This document shows positions 27,726 to 36,900 of a stretch of 64,000 nucleotides of DNA, piece by piece. The stretch is from a virus, in the IMG/VR virus record IMGVR_UViG_3300025127_000012. One strand, given 5' to 3'. Under the pieces are notes generated by a model. The model had not been told where the DNA came from. It made no database searches and was given only the letters and a program-made list of their open reading frames with translations. A program made the position numbers and the translations under genes. Every line of letters begins with the position of its first letter. Position 1 is the stretch's first letter.

Positions 27726-28091
27726 TTAGCAGTTCCACGCTCGTAGTGATTTATTTATACGAGAGTCAGGGTCACGAGCAGTTTTTGCTGATGTAAGTTT
27801 TCGTTTCATGCCTTTCATTCTAGCACAAAAACTTGCTCTACGCTTATTACCTTTCTTCTTGCTTGGTGCTTTTAAGTCAGAACCAGGATTCTCACGTTCG
27901 TAAGACTTTCTCCCTTTCTCATTTAAACCACCTTCTTTATTCTGTCCTTCCTTCTTTGTCCATGCTGCTTCCTTCATCATCTTCTTTTCCTCACAAGTTT
28001 TCTCAACACACATCTGACACTTCGGGCAATACTTTTTACCGTCAGGGCAGTTAGATGCTTCTTGTAGATACTCGTTGAAGGTTAAGATCAT
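27726..28091 (-). CDS. DUF6321-like basic protein with capsid-targeting-like N-terminus
   Basis: MILTFNEYLQE; AW.KKEG.N.EGGLN.KGR, RRASFCARM, SRINKSLRAWNC. Confidence 0.7.
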   Translation of the reverse strand: MILTFNEYLQEASNCPDGKKYCPKCQMCVEKTCEEKKMMKEAAWTKKEGQNKEGGLNEKGRKSYERENPGSDLKAPSKKKGNKRRASFCARMKGMKRKLTSAKTARDPDSRINKSLRAWNC

Positions 28092-28213
28092 GATCTCTTA
28101 GCACAATTCAGTTCGTGTTTTTCCATCCAAGTTCTTGGACGTGCGTGACCTAACGGTGCAGTTAGTCCACAGTATTGGCATTCATAAACGCCATTGTCAT
28201 TTCTTTTTGCCAT
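28088..28213 (-). CDS. 41-aa C2HC zinc-finger microprotein MAKRNDNGVYECQYCGLTAPLGHARPRTWMEKHELNCAKRS
   Basis: Not in the ORF track; overlaps both neighbours (ATGA at the 3' end); CxxC-x17-Hx3C. Confidence 0.65.
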   Translation of the reverse strand: MAKRNDNGVYECQYCGLTAPLGHARPRTWMEKHELNCAKRS

Positions 28214-30251
28214 AGTGATAAGTTGAGTTAGGTTTAGTTTTCTTAGGTAGTTTACCGCCCCTTACTTTGGTTGCGGATGTTTCACCTTCACCAGAGGGGT
28301 TCTTACCTTTCTTTACTTCTTTGCCGAGGTTGTATGACTTGCCAGGTTTCTTAGATTCAGTGTCATGTAATCTAGCGGGTTTCCCTGCCTTCTTAGTAAT
28401 CACTGATTCCTGTCCATGCTTACGTCCTAAACGACGTGTAAGTTTTCCAAACTTACGCTTAGACATTCCCTTGCCAGGACTTGTTTGGTAGGATACTTCT
28501 CTACCAGTAGATCCATCATCATACTTGTAACTACCGACTGATTTTTTATAACCAATCCCTTTCTTTTTAAGATCCTTTTCGAGACTCTTACGACTCTCTC
28601 GGTTCTTTTTTTCGTCTGTACCTCTGTCTGCTGCAATACTACCAGTAGTCTGGTTCTTTGCTTTTGACATCATACGAGCACGATCATTTCCTTCTTTAAG
28701 GAAATCAGAGAATGACATTACATCCTCTTTCTGCAACTTTTTCTTTTGCCATGAGTCAAGTGCTTGGTCAGGACGTTTGCCCTTTGCCATTTCACTCTTC
28801 TTATGTGCTTGGAACTTAGCAGCAGAATCTGCTTTCGCTTTCTTATCAGCAGCATTTTTTGCTGCTTGTTTCGCGACGTTCGCTTTTGCCTTATCCTGTA
28901 CTGCTTGCAGTTTGGGATTAAGTGCCTCACCCATTATAGCATCCTTTCCGTATTTTTGTCTAATGTTCGCTTTTACCTTGTCTAATGCATTGCCAGGACG
29001 CTTCCATGTGTTGCCTTGACCAGGTGTAGCAACGCTTTTCTTTGCTAATGGTTTGATTTTACCATCGTCTCTTAGACGATCATATCCTTCTTCTTTTACA
29101 ACCTTCTTATATTTTGATAGGGTTTTCACACCACGCTTCTCTTTGTGTGCTTTGTGTCTCTTATCCATTGACACAAGTCTCTCAGCAGGATCAGCAGCAT
29201 TACCACCCTCACCTGTGTGTCTTACGTTTCTAATAGATGCCTTACCATAGTTAGAACGACCACGCTCCTGACTTAATCTCTGGTTGTCACTATCCTTTTG
29301 TCTTTCATCTAATACTTCTACTTCTTCCTTTGTTATCTTATCAGTTGCTTTTAATATACCAGAATGTCTTTTTGTTACCTTATCTTTGTCACCTTTTACA
29401 GCACCTATTGCCATGTCTGTGGATGCTTTCTTAACGTAAGAACCCATTGTCTTCTTACTTAACTCATCTAACTGATCTAATGCTTTACTTGACCAATATA
29501 CTTCTGTGTCTTCTGATCTGTTTAAACTCTTACGATTAGAATGATGACTTGGATCATCAAATGCAGGGTTACCTGTCTTTCTTGCAACTGGTTTCTTCTT
29601 TGTATCTGGTTTTGCTTTCTTTACAAATCCTGCAAACTGCATCTTAGGTTTACCATCACCTTTGTAGAGACCGTATGATGTACCTTCATGTGTAAATTTC
29701 ATACCCTTAGTTGCTTTGTCTTTAAGTGCTTCACGTTTTTTAGGATCCATGTTCTTTTCGTAATCTGCTAATTTAGCAGCAAACTTTTTGTTATCCATTT
29801 TCTTGATAACTTTTCTGTCTGCTTTGTTAGGTCCTGTATATGAGGTGCTCCCAGTAACAGCACCACCGCCTGCTGCTGTACCTATTGCTGCCTCTTCGAC
29901 ACCTTGCATTTTACCTCTCCTGTTAGTTTGAGCGACACCTTGTGGTAGACCTGTATTACCTGTGCCGATTTTGTCGTTCTTCTTACGAAGTCTTTTTAGT
30001 TTAGCAAAGGTGTTCATAAACTCTGCTGATGATCTAAAATCAGAATTACCTACATGCTCTACTGATTCTTTTTTCACTTTCTTTTCTGGTAATCCTTTAT
30101 GTTTAGTTGATGCAAACTTCTTTGCATCTTTCATTTTTATGCTGGAAGCAACTCTGGCAACCTCAGATGAGGGAGCTTGCGTCGAATTCCCTTTTTGAAA
30201 CGCTCTAACCATCCCGAAGAACCTTTGTTGTTTCTTTGAGACTGCGGGCAT
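28197..30251 (-). CDS. Lys-rich modular protein, probable internal head (poly)protein; DUF3008-like N-terminus
   Basis: MPAVSKKQQR...KFASTKHKGLPE; basic modules separated by x-x-E(E) sites; internal MSFSDFLKE. Confidence 0.65.
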   Translation of the reverse strand: MPAVSKKQQRFFGMVRAFQKGNSTQAPSSEVARVASSIKMKDAKKFASTKHKGLPEKKVKKESVEHVGNSDFRSSAEFMNTFAKLKRLRKKNDKIGTGNTGLPQGVAQTNRRGKMQGVEEAAIGTAAGGGAVTGSTSYTGPNKADRKVIKKMDNKKFAAKLADYEKNMDPKKREALKDKATKGMKFTHEGTSYGLYKGDGKPKMQFAGFVKKAKPDTKKKPVARKTGNPAFDDPSHHSNRKSLNRSEDTEVYWSSKALDQLDELSKKTMGSYVKKASTDMAIGAVKGDKDKVTKRHSGILKATDKITKEEVEVLDERQKDSDNQRLSQERGRSNYGKASIRNVRHTGEGGNAADPAERLVSMDKRHKAHKEKRGVKTLSKYKKVVKEEGYDRLRDDGKIKPLAKKSVATPGQGNTWKRPGNALDKVKANIRQKYGKDAIMGEALNPKLQAVQDKAKANVAKQAAKNAADKKAKADSAAKFQAHKKSEMAKGKRPDQALDSWQKKKLQKEDVMSFSDFLKEGNDRARMMSKAKNQTTGSIAADRGTDEKKNRESRKSLEKDLKKKGIGYKKSVGSYKYDDGSTGREVSYQTSPGKGMSKRKFGKLTRRLGRKHGQESVITKKAGKPARLHDTESKKPGKSYNLGKEVKKGKNPSGEGETSATKVRGGKLPKKTKPNSTYHYGKKK

Positions 30252-30791
30252 TTATCCTCCGACAATTTGAACTTGCTCGACAACAACTGCGTTAGAACCA
30301 GCGACAAGTTTTGCAACTCGTTGTATGACTGGCACAGTTCCTGCTGTTGCATCTGCTGCACTAAGAGTGTATGCAGATCCTGCTCCTGATGCGTCATAGT
30401 CTGTTGTAATAGTAGAACCAGTGACTGCGGTAACTTTCTTTCCAGATGCTGCTGCGGATTCAAAGTCAGATGTAAATCCATCTGTGTCTCCACCATCAAT
30501 AGTCTGGACAAAATCACCAACACTGAATGTATGGCGACCACCACCTGAGAAACCTTCTGCTGTTACTACCATAGTAGCAGCGTTGGTTGCAGCAGCGATC
30601 TTTGCGGTTTTAACTTTACCACAGGAAACTAACAATGCTTCTCCTGCTGCCAAAGTTATAGCGGGACCACCGTCTATCGCTAACGTTGACGCGGATGCTG
30701 CATAGCATCTAAGCACACCACTTTTTACCACGATATAGCTTGTGCCACTTCCTGATACTGTTTGGGTGTCAATTACATTTAATACTGACAT
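30252..30791 (-). CDS. Ala/Gly/Thr-rich putative virion protein (179 aa)
   Basis: Beta-rich composition; GATAAATA late-promoter variant (30816-30823) and AGGAG RBS upstream. Confidence 0.65.
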   Translation of the reverse strand: MSVLNVIDTQTVSGSGTSYIVVKSGVLRCYAASASTLAIDGGPAITLAAGEALLVSCGKVKTAKIAAATNAATMVVTAEGFSGGGRHTFSVGDFVQTIDGGDTDGFTSDFESAAASGKKVTAVTGSTITTDYDASGAGSAYTLSAADATAGTVPVIQRVAKLVAGSNAVVVEQVQIVGG

Positions 30792-30814
30792 TGGGTAAAA
30801 ATTCTCCTACTATG

Positions 30815-31264
30815 TTATTTATCCTTTTCTTGCTTTAAGAATTTTGCAAGATCAGCAGTGCTACCAACGAACATGGTATTGTTAGTGACTTCTGTTTGTT
30901 TTCCTTTGCCTGGATTTTCTATTTCATTGACCTTCTTTTGTAGATCAACTAACTTGTCTGCCACGTCACCAACATGCTTTATGAGTTGTCCTGCAACTTC
31001 ATATGCTCTTGGTTGATCAGACTCCTGTGCAAGTTCTAAAATACCATCTACTGCTTCTTGTCCTTTATCAATTAGTGTGTACAAGTTGCCTCTGGTATAC
31101 TCATAATCTTTTTTAAGTTGTTGTTTATCTGATATATCTGCACTAGGTTCCACCTTCTTAATAGAAGTGTCTGTCTGCATAATTTCAGTCTTGACATCGA
31201 GGGCATCCTCGATACCAGCAAACTTACTCGTCTGCTCCTGTGGTTGGGTTTCTTGATTTTCCAT
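30815..31264 (-). CDS. g16: Terminase small subunit gp16
   Basis: DYEYTRGNLY.LI.KGQEA, PRAYEVAGQLIK, NNTMFVGSTADL. Confidence 0.92.
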   Translation of the reverse strand: MENQETQPQEQTSKFAGIEDALDVKTEIMQTDTSIKKVEPSADISDKQQLKKDYEYTRGNLYTLIDKGQEAVDGILELAQESDQPRAYEVAGQLIKHVGDVADKLVDLQKKVNEIENPGKGKQTEVTNNTMFVGSTADLAKFLKQEKDK

Positions 31265-32264
31265 CAGTAAACTCACTATAAAGTTCGTTGAATCCAAAGT
31301 CATCATCAGAGTCTAACAATGCATGATCTGCACTTGTTATGATGAATACATTTGAACTCGCTACATGTGCTGCTATGGTTGAATTATTAAACGCACGAGC
31401 AACATATAATTTGTTGTCAACAATTTTTGTGACACGCATTACCTCACTATCTATCTGAATGTCATCTTTCAATGATATTCCAGATGCGTCTGTTACATTT
31501 ATAATGCCATCATTATCATCTATATCTGCTGATACAGTTGTGACTGCATTGTTATCTCTTTCAACAAGAGATCTAGGTGTAGCAACATAACGTACCTCTC
31601 TTGGTGCAGTTCTAACTGCCTCAGTAGAGTAGTCGATAATAGTTTTCTTAATAAGTTCACCAGACTTATCAACTACTGGACCGTACATGTATGTCTTAGC
31701 AATAAATTGCAATGTATATATTAACGTTCTTCTGGTATCGTAGTCTCCTTCGTACTCGTCTCCGTAATCAATACTTGTTAGCGTTACAGGATAATCTTTT
31801 GTCTCTCCTAATTCTGGTACAAGATTCATTGTAATATTGAAACTTGGTTGGAAGAATGGAAGTATCTGTTCTAGTATTTGTAGAGCATCATCTTGGTTCT
31901 TACTTAATATTGCTAACTCAAAATTAATATTGTAAGGAACAGGCATGAATCCTTTGTTCTCTTTACTACCTGTTGAATGTCTAATGTATTGTGTTGGTGA
32001 TACCTTTCTAGTAGGATCATAATTAATACCTTGTATCTCAAATGATATTCTAGGTAATGTGATCTGTACCTGATCCTGTGTTGTTAAGTCACCTAACTGA
32101 CGTAAACGTGCTAAGAACTTTGCCTTTGGTCCATAAGCAAGAGGTACTTTCATGACCTCTGTCTTAGAACCAGACACACGTCTGATTTCTATGTTATTAA
32201 ATAACGTACCGAATCCTACAACGGTCTTTTTTATTATACCGTTGTAATTATATGAACCAAGCAT
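31224..32264 (-). CDS. g15: Tail sheath stabilizer/terminator gp15 with extra C-terminal domain
   Basis: FGTLFNNI, KVPLAYGPK.KFLARL, LPRISFE, PVPYN, QILEQILPFFQP. Confidence 0.93.
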   Translation of the reverse strand: MLGSYNYNGIIKKTVVGFGTLFNNIEIRRVSGSKTEVMKVPLAYGPKAKFLARLRQLGDLTTQDQVQITLPRISFEIQGINYDPTRKVSPTQYIRHSTGSKENKGFMPVPYNINFELAILSKNQDDALQILEQILPFFQPSFNITMNLVPELGETKDYPVTLTSIDYGDEYEGDYDTRRTLIYTLQFIAKTYMYGPVVDKSGELIKKTIIDYSTEAVRTAPREVRYVATPRSLVERDNNAVTTVSADIDDNDGIINVTDASGISLKDDIQIDSEVMRVTKIVDNKLYVARAFNNSTIAAHVASSNVFIITSADHALLDSDDDFGFNELYSEFTDGKSRNPTTGADE

Positions 32265-33139
32265 TAGATAGAACCTCCACTATTTCCAAATTCACCGAAT
32301 GGATTGCCTTGTGTAAAGTCTAGTATACCATCGGCAGTCGTCTCAATAGACGCATTGATATCAAATTCGGAGTTAGTATTATTTATTGTATTATATGATG
32401 CAGTTGTGAACGATGCACTAGATGTGCCACCAGTGATCGTTTCTGGGACCGTGAAGGTGCCTGATCTGTTAATCACTATCAAAGTATTGGTTGAACTATC
32501 AAATGACTTAACCTCAGCAGTAACATTAGATGTACCACCAGTTACAGTTTCACCAGCAGTGAATGTTCCAGATCCACCAGCAACTAGACCAACTGTGATA
32601 GCATTGGCAAAGTTCTGCTCTAATGCATCTACTGCTGCCACACCAGTATCGATATCCTCGTCGCTGTACTCGAACAACTCACAGCGTAAACCCCAAACAT
32701 AGTTCTTACCAAACTGGTAGAAAGGTTGTTCGTGCTCTACAAACTGTATCTCAAAAGTTTTATTTGCCATAGGCAAATGTATTAGGTCACCTTCGTTAGG
32801 TCTACCCTCTACAATTAAAGTTGCATTATCGTCTACTGCTGCTGTAAATCTTGACCTTGATATAACAAAGGTGATTTGGTCTTGTATTCTGACTCCAAAC
32901 TTAGAGAAAATATCACCGTCGCCCCTAAAACCACCAGCATCTTCAATGTACGCTTCAATTAAGTGTGCTCCTTCAAACTTAGAGAGGGTATCCTCCCCGA
33001 AGACGCTATCTTCTTTAACAAGAGTTCTCGGGATATAGTAGACATCTTTGCCGAACATTTTAATCTGCTCTGTGACAAGAGACTCTTGTAAATCTTGCTC
33101 TCCTGTTGTACCGTTGGTAAAGTAACTGTTAGTTGCCAT
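32264..33139 (-). CDS. g14: Neck protein gp14
   Basis: EQIKMFG.DVYYIPR, SKFG, RPNEGDLI, FVEHEQPFYQ, NPFGE. Confidence 0.93.
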   Translation of the reverse strand: MATNSYFTNGTTGEQDLQESLVTEQIKMFGKDVYYIPRTLVKEDSVFGEDTLSKFEGAHLIEAYIEDAGGFRGDGDIFSKFGVRIQDQITFVISRSRFTAAVDDNATLIVEGRPNEGDLIHLPMANKTFEIQFVEHEQPFYQFGKNYVWGLRCELFEYSDEDIDTGVAAVDALEQNFANAITVGLVAGGSGTFTAGETVTGGTSNVTAEVKSFDSSTNTLIVINRSGTFTVPETITGGTSSASFTTASYNTINNTNSEFDINASIETTADGILDFTQGNPFGEFGNSGGSI

Positions 33140-33140
33140 A

Positions 33141-33941
33141 TCATCCTATCATGTCTAATGGAGGAGTTTCCCATGTGGTGCGAAGTTGCTCATCAAGGAT
33201 CTTTAATTCCTCAACAGCATCATTATAAATCATCTCTCCGTTAAGAGTGATACCACCTGGCATTTGAACGCTAGTAAATTTAGTAAGGTTTGATCCCCAC
33301 TGTTTCTTTATCTTTGCAGTAGCATAGTCCTTTAACCACATCTGATTATATATCTCAGTCCATGTGTCAGGTTGTAATGCTCTCCAACATTTTATAACAA
33401 TATACTGATCTTCTAGTGCATCTTGTGACCAGTCAAAATCTAAGTAAACTTTATCTTGTACTGCTTGATATCTTACTGGGTGCATACCTTCTAGTATGAA
33501 ATCAATAGTCTCTAAGTGTTGTTGTATCATATAGTAATGATAGAACTGTGTAGATGTAAAATCATACAAGTCATTCAAACGCATTTGATATCTAATATCA
33601 AACATGTTTCTAGTACCTTTGTCTGTAAATTTAAAGATACCTTCAATAGATGTTATATGTTCTGGTACAGGAACAAATGCATTCTGTTCTGACCATTCAG
33701 TAGTACCATCTGTTGCTAATGATGTTGAGTTTGCTTTACCAGCATCAATTTCTGCCTGTGTAAATTTATGTTTTAGATAAACACGTTCAGCACCTTCATA
33801 GTGATACTGTTGAAATTTCTGTATAGCATAATCCAAGTTATCATCAACCTGATCATCAGACACGTTGATTTCTAATACTGGTTTACCGAGTCTACGGAGA
33901 CAGTATTCTTTTAATTCTGCTTTTGAGGTTGGGGATGCCAT
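33141..33941 (-). CDS. g13: Neck protein gp13
   Basis: LKEYCLRRLGKPVLEINV, WLKDYATA.IK.QWG.NL.KF, PGG.TLNG. Confidence 0.95.
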   Translation of the reverse strand: MASPTSKAELKEYCLRRLGKPVLEINVSDDQVDDNLDYAIQKFQQYHYEGAERVYLKHKFTQAEIDAGKANSTSLATDGTTEWSEQNAFVPVPEHITSIEGIFKFTDKGTRNMFDIRYQMRLNDLYDFTSTQFYHYYMIQQHLETIDFILEGMHPVRYQAVQDKVYLDFDWSQDALEDQYIVIKCWRALQPDTWTEIYNQMWLKDYATAKIKKQWGSNLTKFTSVQMPGGITLNGEMIYNDAVEELKILDEQLRTTWETPPLDMIG

Positions 33942-33945
33942 TTAA

Positions 33946-36900
33946 TTAACTCCTTGCTAGTGCAAGTAATGCATTTTTAAGAGCAGTTACTGTTGTTATT
34001 GAGTTGTCATTACCAATCGCAACTAACTGAGTATAGATGTCGTCAATGTCAGTGTCGTTAGCGTCTGCCTTAGTACCTTGTGCAGCAGTAGCATAAGCAG
34101 TGGTATTAGTAGCAGCAGCAGTTCCTAATGTGGGTTTGTTGCTTAGATCATCATAATCATTAGATGTCGCAACAGCACCAAGAGAAGGTGCACCAGTTAG
34201 GTCTGCATATGCACCAGAGAATAATGTAGGTTTACCAGTTAGATCATTATATGCACCAGAGAATAATGTAGGTTTACCAGATAGGTCATTGTATGCCCCA
34301 GAGAATACTGTTGGCAATGTGACACTCATCACACCAGTTGAAGCATTATATGATAAGTCTCCACCAGCACTGATTGCAGAACGTGCACGAGCAGTTGTGT
34401 GATAAAGATTAGTTCCTTCTGATAGATCGCTTGTAGATGCAGCAGCAATTCTTGCGTCTGCTCTTGCATTAGTAAAGTATAGATTGCTTCCTTCTGATAG
34501 GTCACTTGTAGATGCAGCAGCGATTCTAGCGTCTGCCCTAGCATTAGTGAAGTATAGGTTAGAAGAACCTTCTGATAAATCATCTGTATCAGCAGCAGCG
34601 ATTCTTGCATCTGCCCTAGCATCAGCACGAGCGTTAGTGAAGTAGAGGTTAGTACCCTCTGCTAAATCTGCTGTATCATGATTAGAAAGAGAAGCAATAG
34701 TTGTTGGTATTGTGTATGAGAATACACCAGTAGAAGCGTTATATGATAGATCACCAGTAGCACTCAAATGTCCACGAGTTCTGGCAGCAGTAATGAATAG
34801 ATTTGTGCTACCCTCAGTTATGTTGTCAGTATTGATATCTGACTGTGTAACTTGAAGACCACCACTACCATCATGCTGAATACCAGTGCCATATGTGAAT
34901 GAGTTACGAACTCTTGCTTGTGTATGATACTTGTTGCTGGATCCTTCTACAACGTTGTCTGTATCAAACTCTGTAAAGTCAGCAGAGATTGATAGAATAT
35001 TACCTGAGTCATTGTAAGTTGCAGATATACCTGTACCACCATCAATTAGTGCAGCAACACGATCATCAACTCTTTCGTTAGTGAAGTATAGATTTGTAGA
35101 TCCCTCAGCAAGAGCATCAGTATCATGGTTTGCAATACTACCAACTTGTGCCTGACCGTAAGTAATAGCACCAGTAATAGTCAAGTTACCTTGAACTTCA
35201 AAGTCAGTTGTTGATCGGAAGTTTGTAACAGTAAGTCTGTTAGAAGATGGATTATATCTTAGGTTAGTAGAGTCAGTTCTTATCTCAGTGTTTCCAGATG
35301 TTGCAGAAACAAATGTTGGGAAGAAGTCTAAGTTAGTAGATGCTGTCTCAGTTACATCAACTAATGATGCAGTATCTGCATTACCTGTCAACGCACCAGT
35401 TACGTTACCAGTGATCTGACCTGTGACTCCAAGTGTGCCACCGATAGTTGCATTGTTTGTAACTCCAAGAGAACCAAGTGTAGATAGACCAGTGATCTCT
35501 GCATTACCACTTGTTGAGTGGAATGTAATCTTGTCTTGATTAGAACCGTTTTGTAATTTAAGAGTCTTTGTAGATCCTCTGACAATTACATTGTCTTTGA
35601 TTGTTGTAGCAGAATCAACAGTAAGTGTACCATCAATCTGTGCATTACCATCTACATTAAGATCAGAATCAAAGTCTACGTTTTGTGTAACTTGTAGAGT
35701 ATCATCAATAATTGTACGACCACCAACATCAAGTGTTCCTGCCATATCCAAGTTACCAGAGTTGGATAGTACAGTAAACTTACTTGTACCAACGTTGAAT
35801 GTACCACCGATTGTTGTAGCACCAGTGGTGTCTATTGTGGAGACATCAAGAGTTGTTAGAGTTGTGTTTCCTGTGACATCTAATGTACCAGTGATATCTG
35901 TGTTACCTGTTCCACCAGCGACTGAGAATTTAGTTGCAGCGTTTGCACCAACTTTGAATCCTGTATTGACGAATAGATCAGCACCGATAGTTGCACCACC
36001 AGTAACCATCAATGCAGCATTTGCAGATAAGTTTGCTGGGTTAGTAGAGTTAACTGCTTTTAAGAAGTTATTAGATGTGACGATACCAGTTACATCTACG
36101 GTCTCATCAACAACTAATGTACCACCTATATTTGTATTACCATTGTCAGAGTCAATAGTGAACTGAGTAGTTCCTGCTTGGTTCTCTACTGCAAAGACTA
36201 AGTTGTCACCGTTGACTGTTACATTGCTCTGGAATGTAGCATTACCATCTACGTTTAACTGCTGATCAAGGTCAACATTGTTAGTAACGTTAAGAGTATT
36301 AGTAATGGTAGTAGCACCATTTACATCTAGGGTTCCCTGTATATCTGTATTTCCGTTGTCAGTATCAACTGTAAGTTTATTAACACCACCAGCAGTCTGA
36401 ATTGCAACAACTTTGTTGTCTGCCTTGACAGTTAAACCATCTGTAATTGTTGTTAGATTGTCAACGTCAAGTGTACCATTAATTGTGAGGTTGTCATCAA
36501 CAATAGTCTCACCAGTAGCAGAATCAATAGTTAGGTTACCAGTTGATGTGCTGATTTCTGATGTACCATCAACACCGATCTTGATGTTCTTAGCAGTGAT
36601 CTGTTCTGATGTAATAGCAGCATTGAAATCAGATGTTGCATTGACAGTCAATGAATCTGTATTAGCATCACCAAGAGTTGTATTTCCGTCTACCTGTAAA
36701 CTTCCATCTACCTCAGCATTGTCTGTGATGTGTACCTTACCACCTTGTGAGTCGAGGATAAGGTTACCAGTTGTGGTACTAATTTCATTGTTAGCATCGA
36801 CCCCGATCTTGATCGCGTCTGCGGTGATGTCTGTGGAGGTGATTGCTTGATTAAACTGGACTGTTCCAGTAACTGAGTGACTATCTCCTGATGCGTTACC

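Noticed and set aside
1555-31306. Longest-ORF starts for g45 (2337), vWA (6112), g47 (10209), g21 (17659), PTOX (27240) and g16 (31306)
   Set aside because: The extensions overlap upstream genes or promoters; family-typical N-termini begin at 2286, 6046, 10116, 17563, 27234 and 31264
34180-35130. Tandem repeats that might be a CRISPR array
   Set aside because: Repeats are in-frame coding units with synonymous variation and no unique spacers
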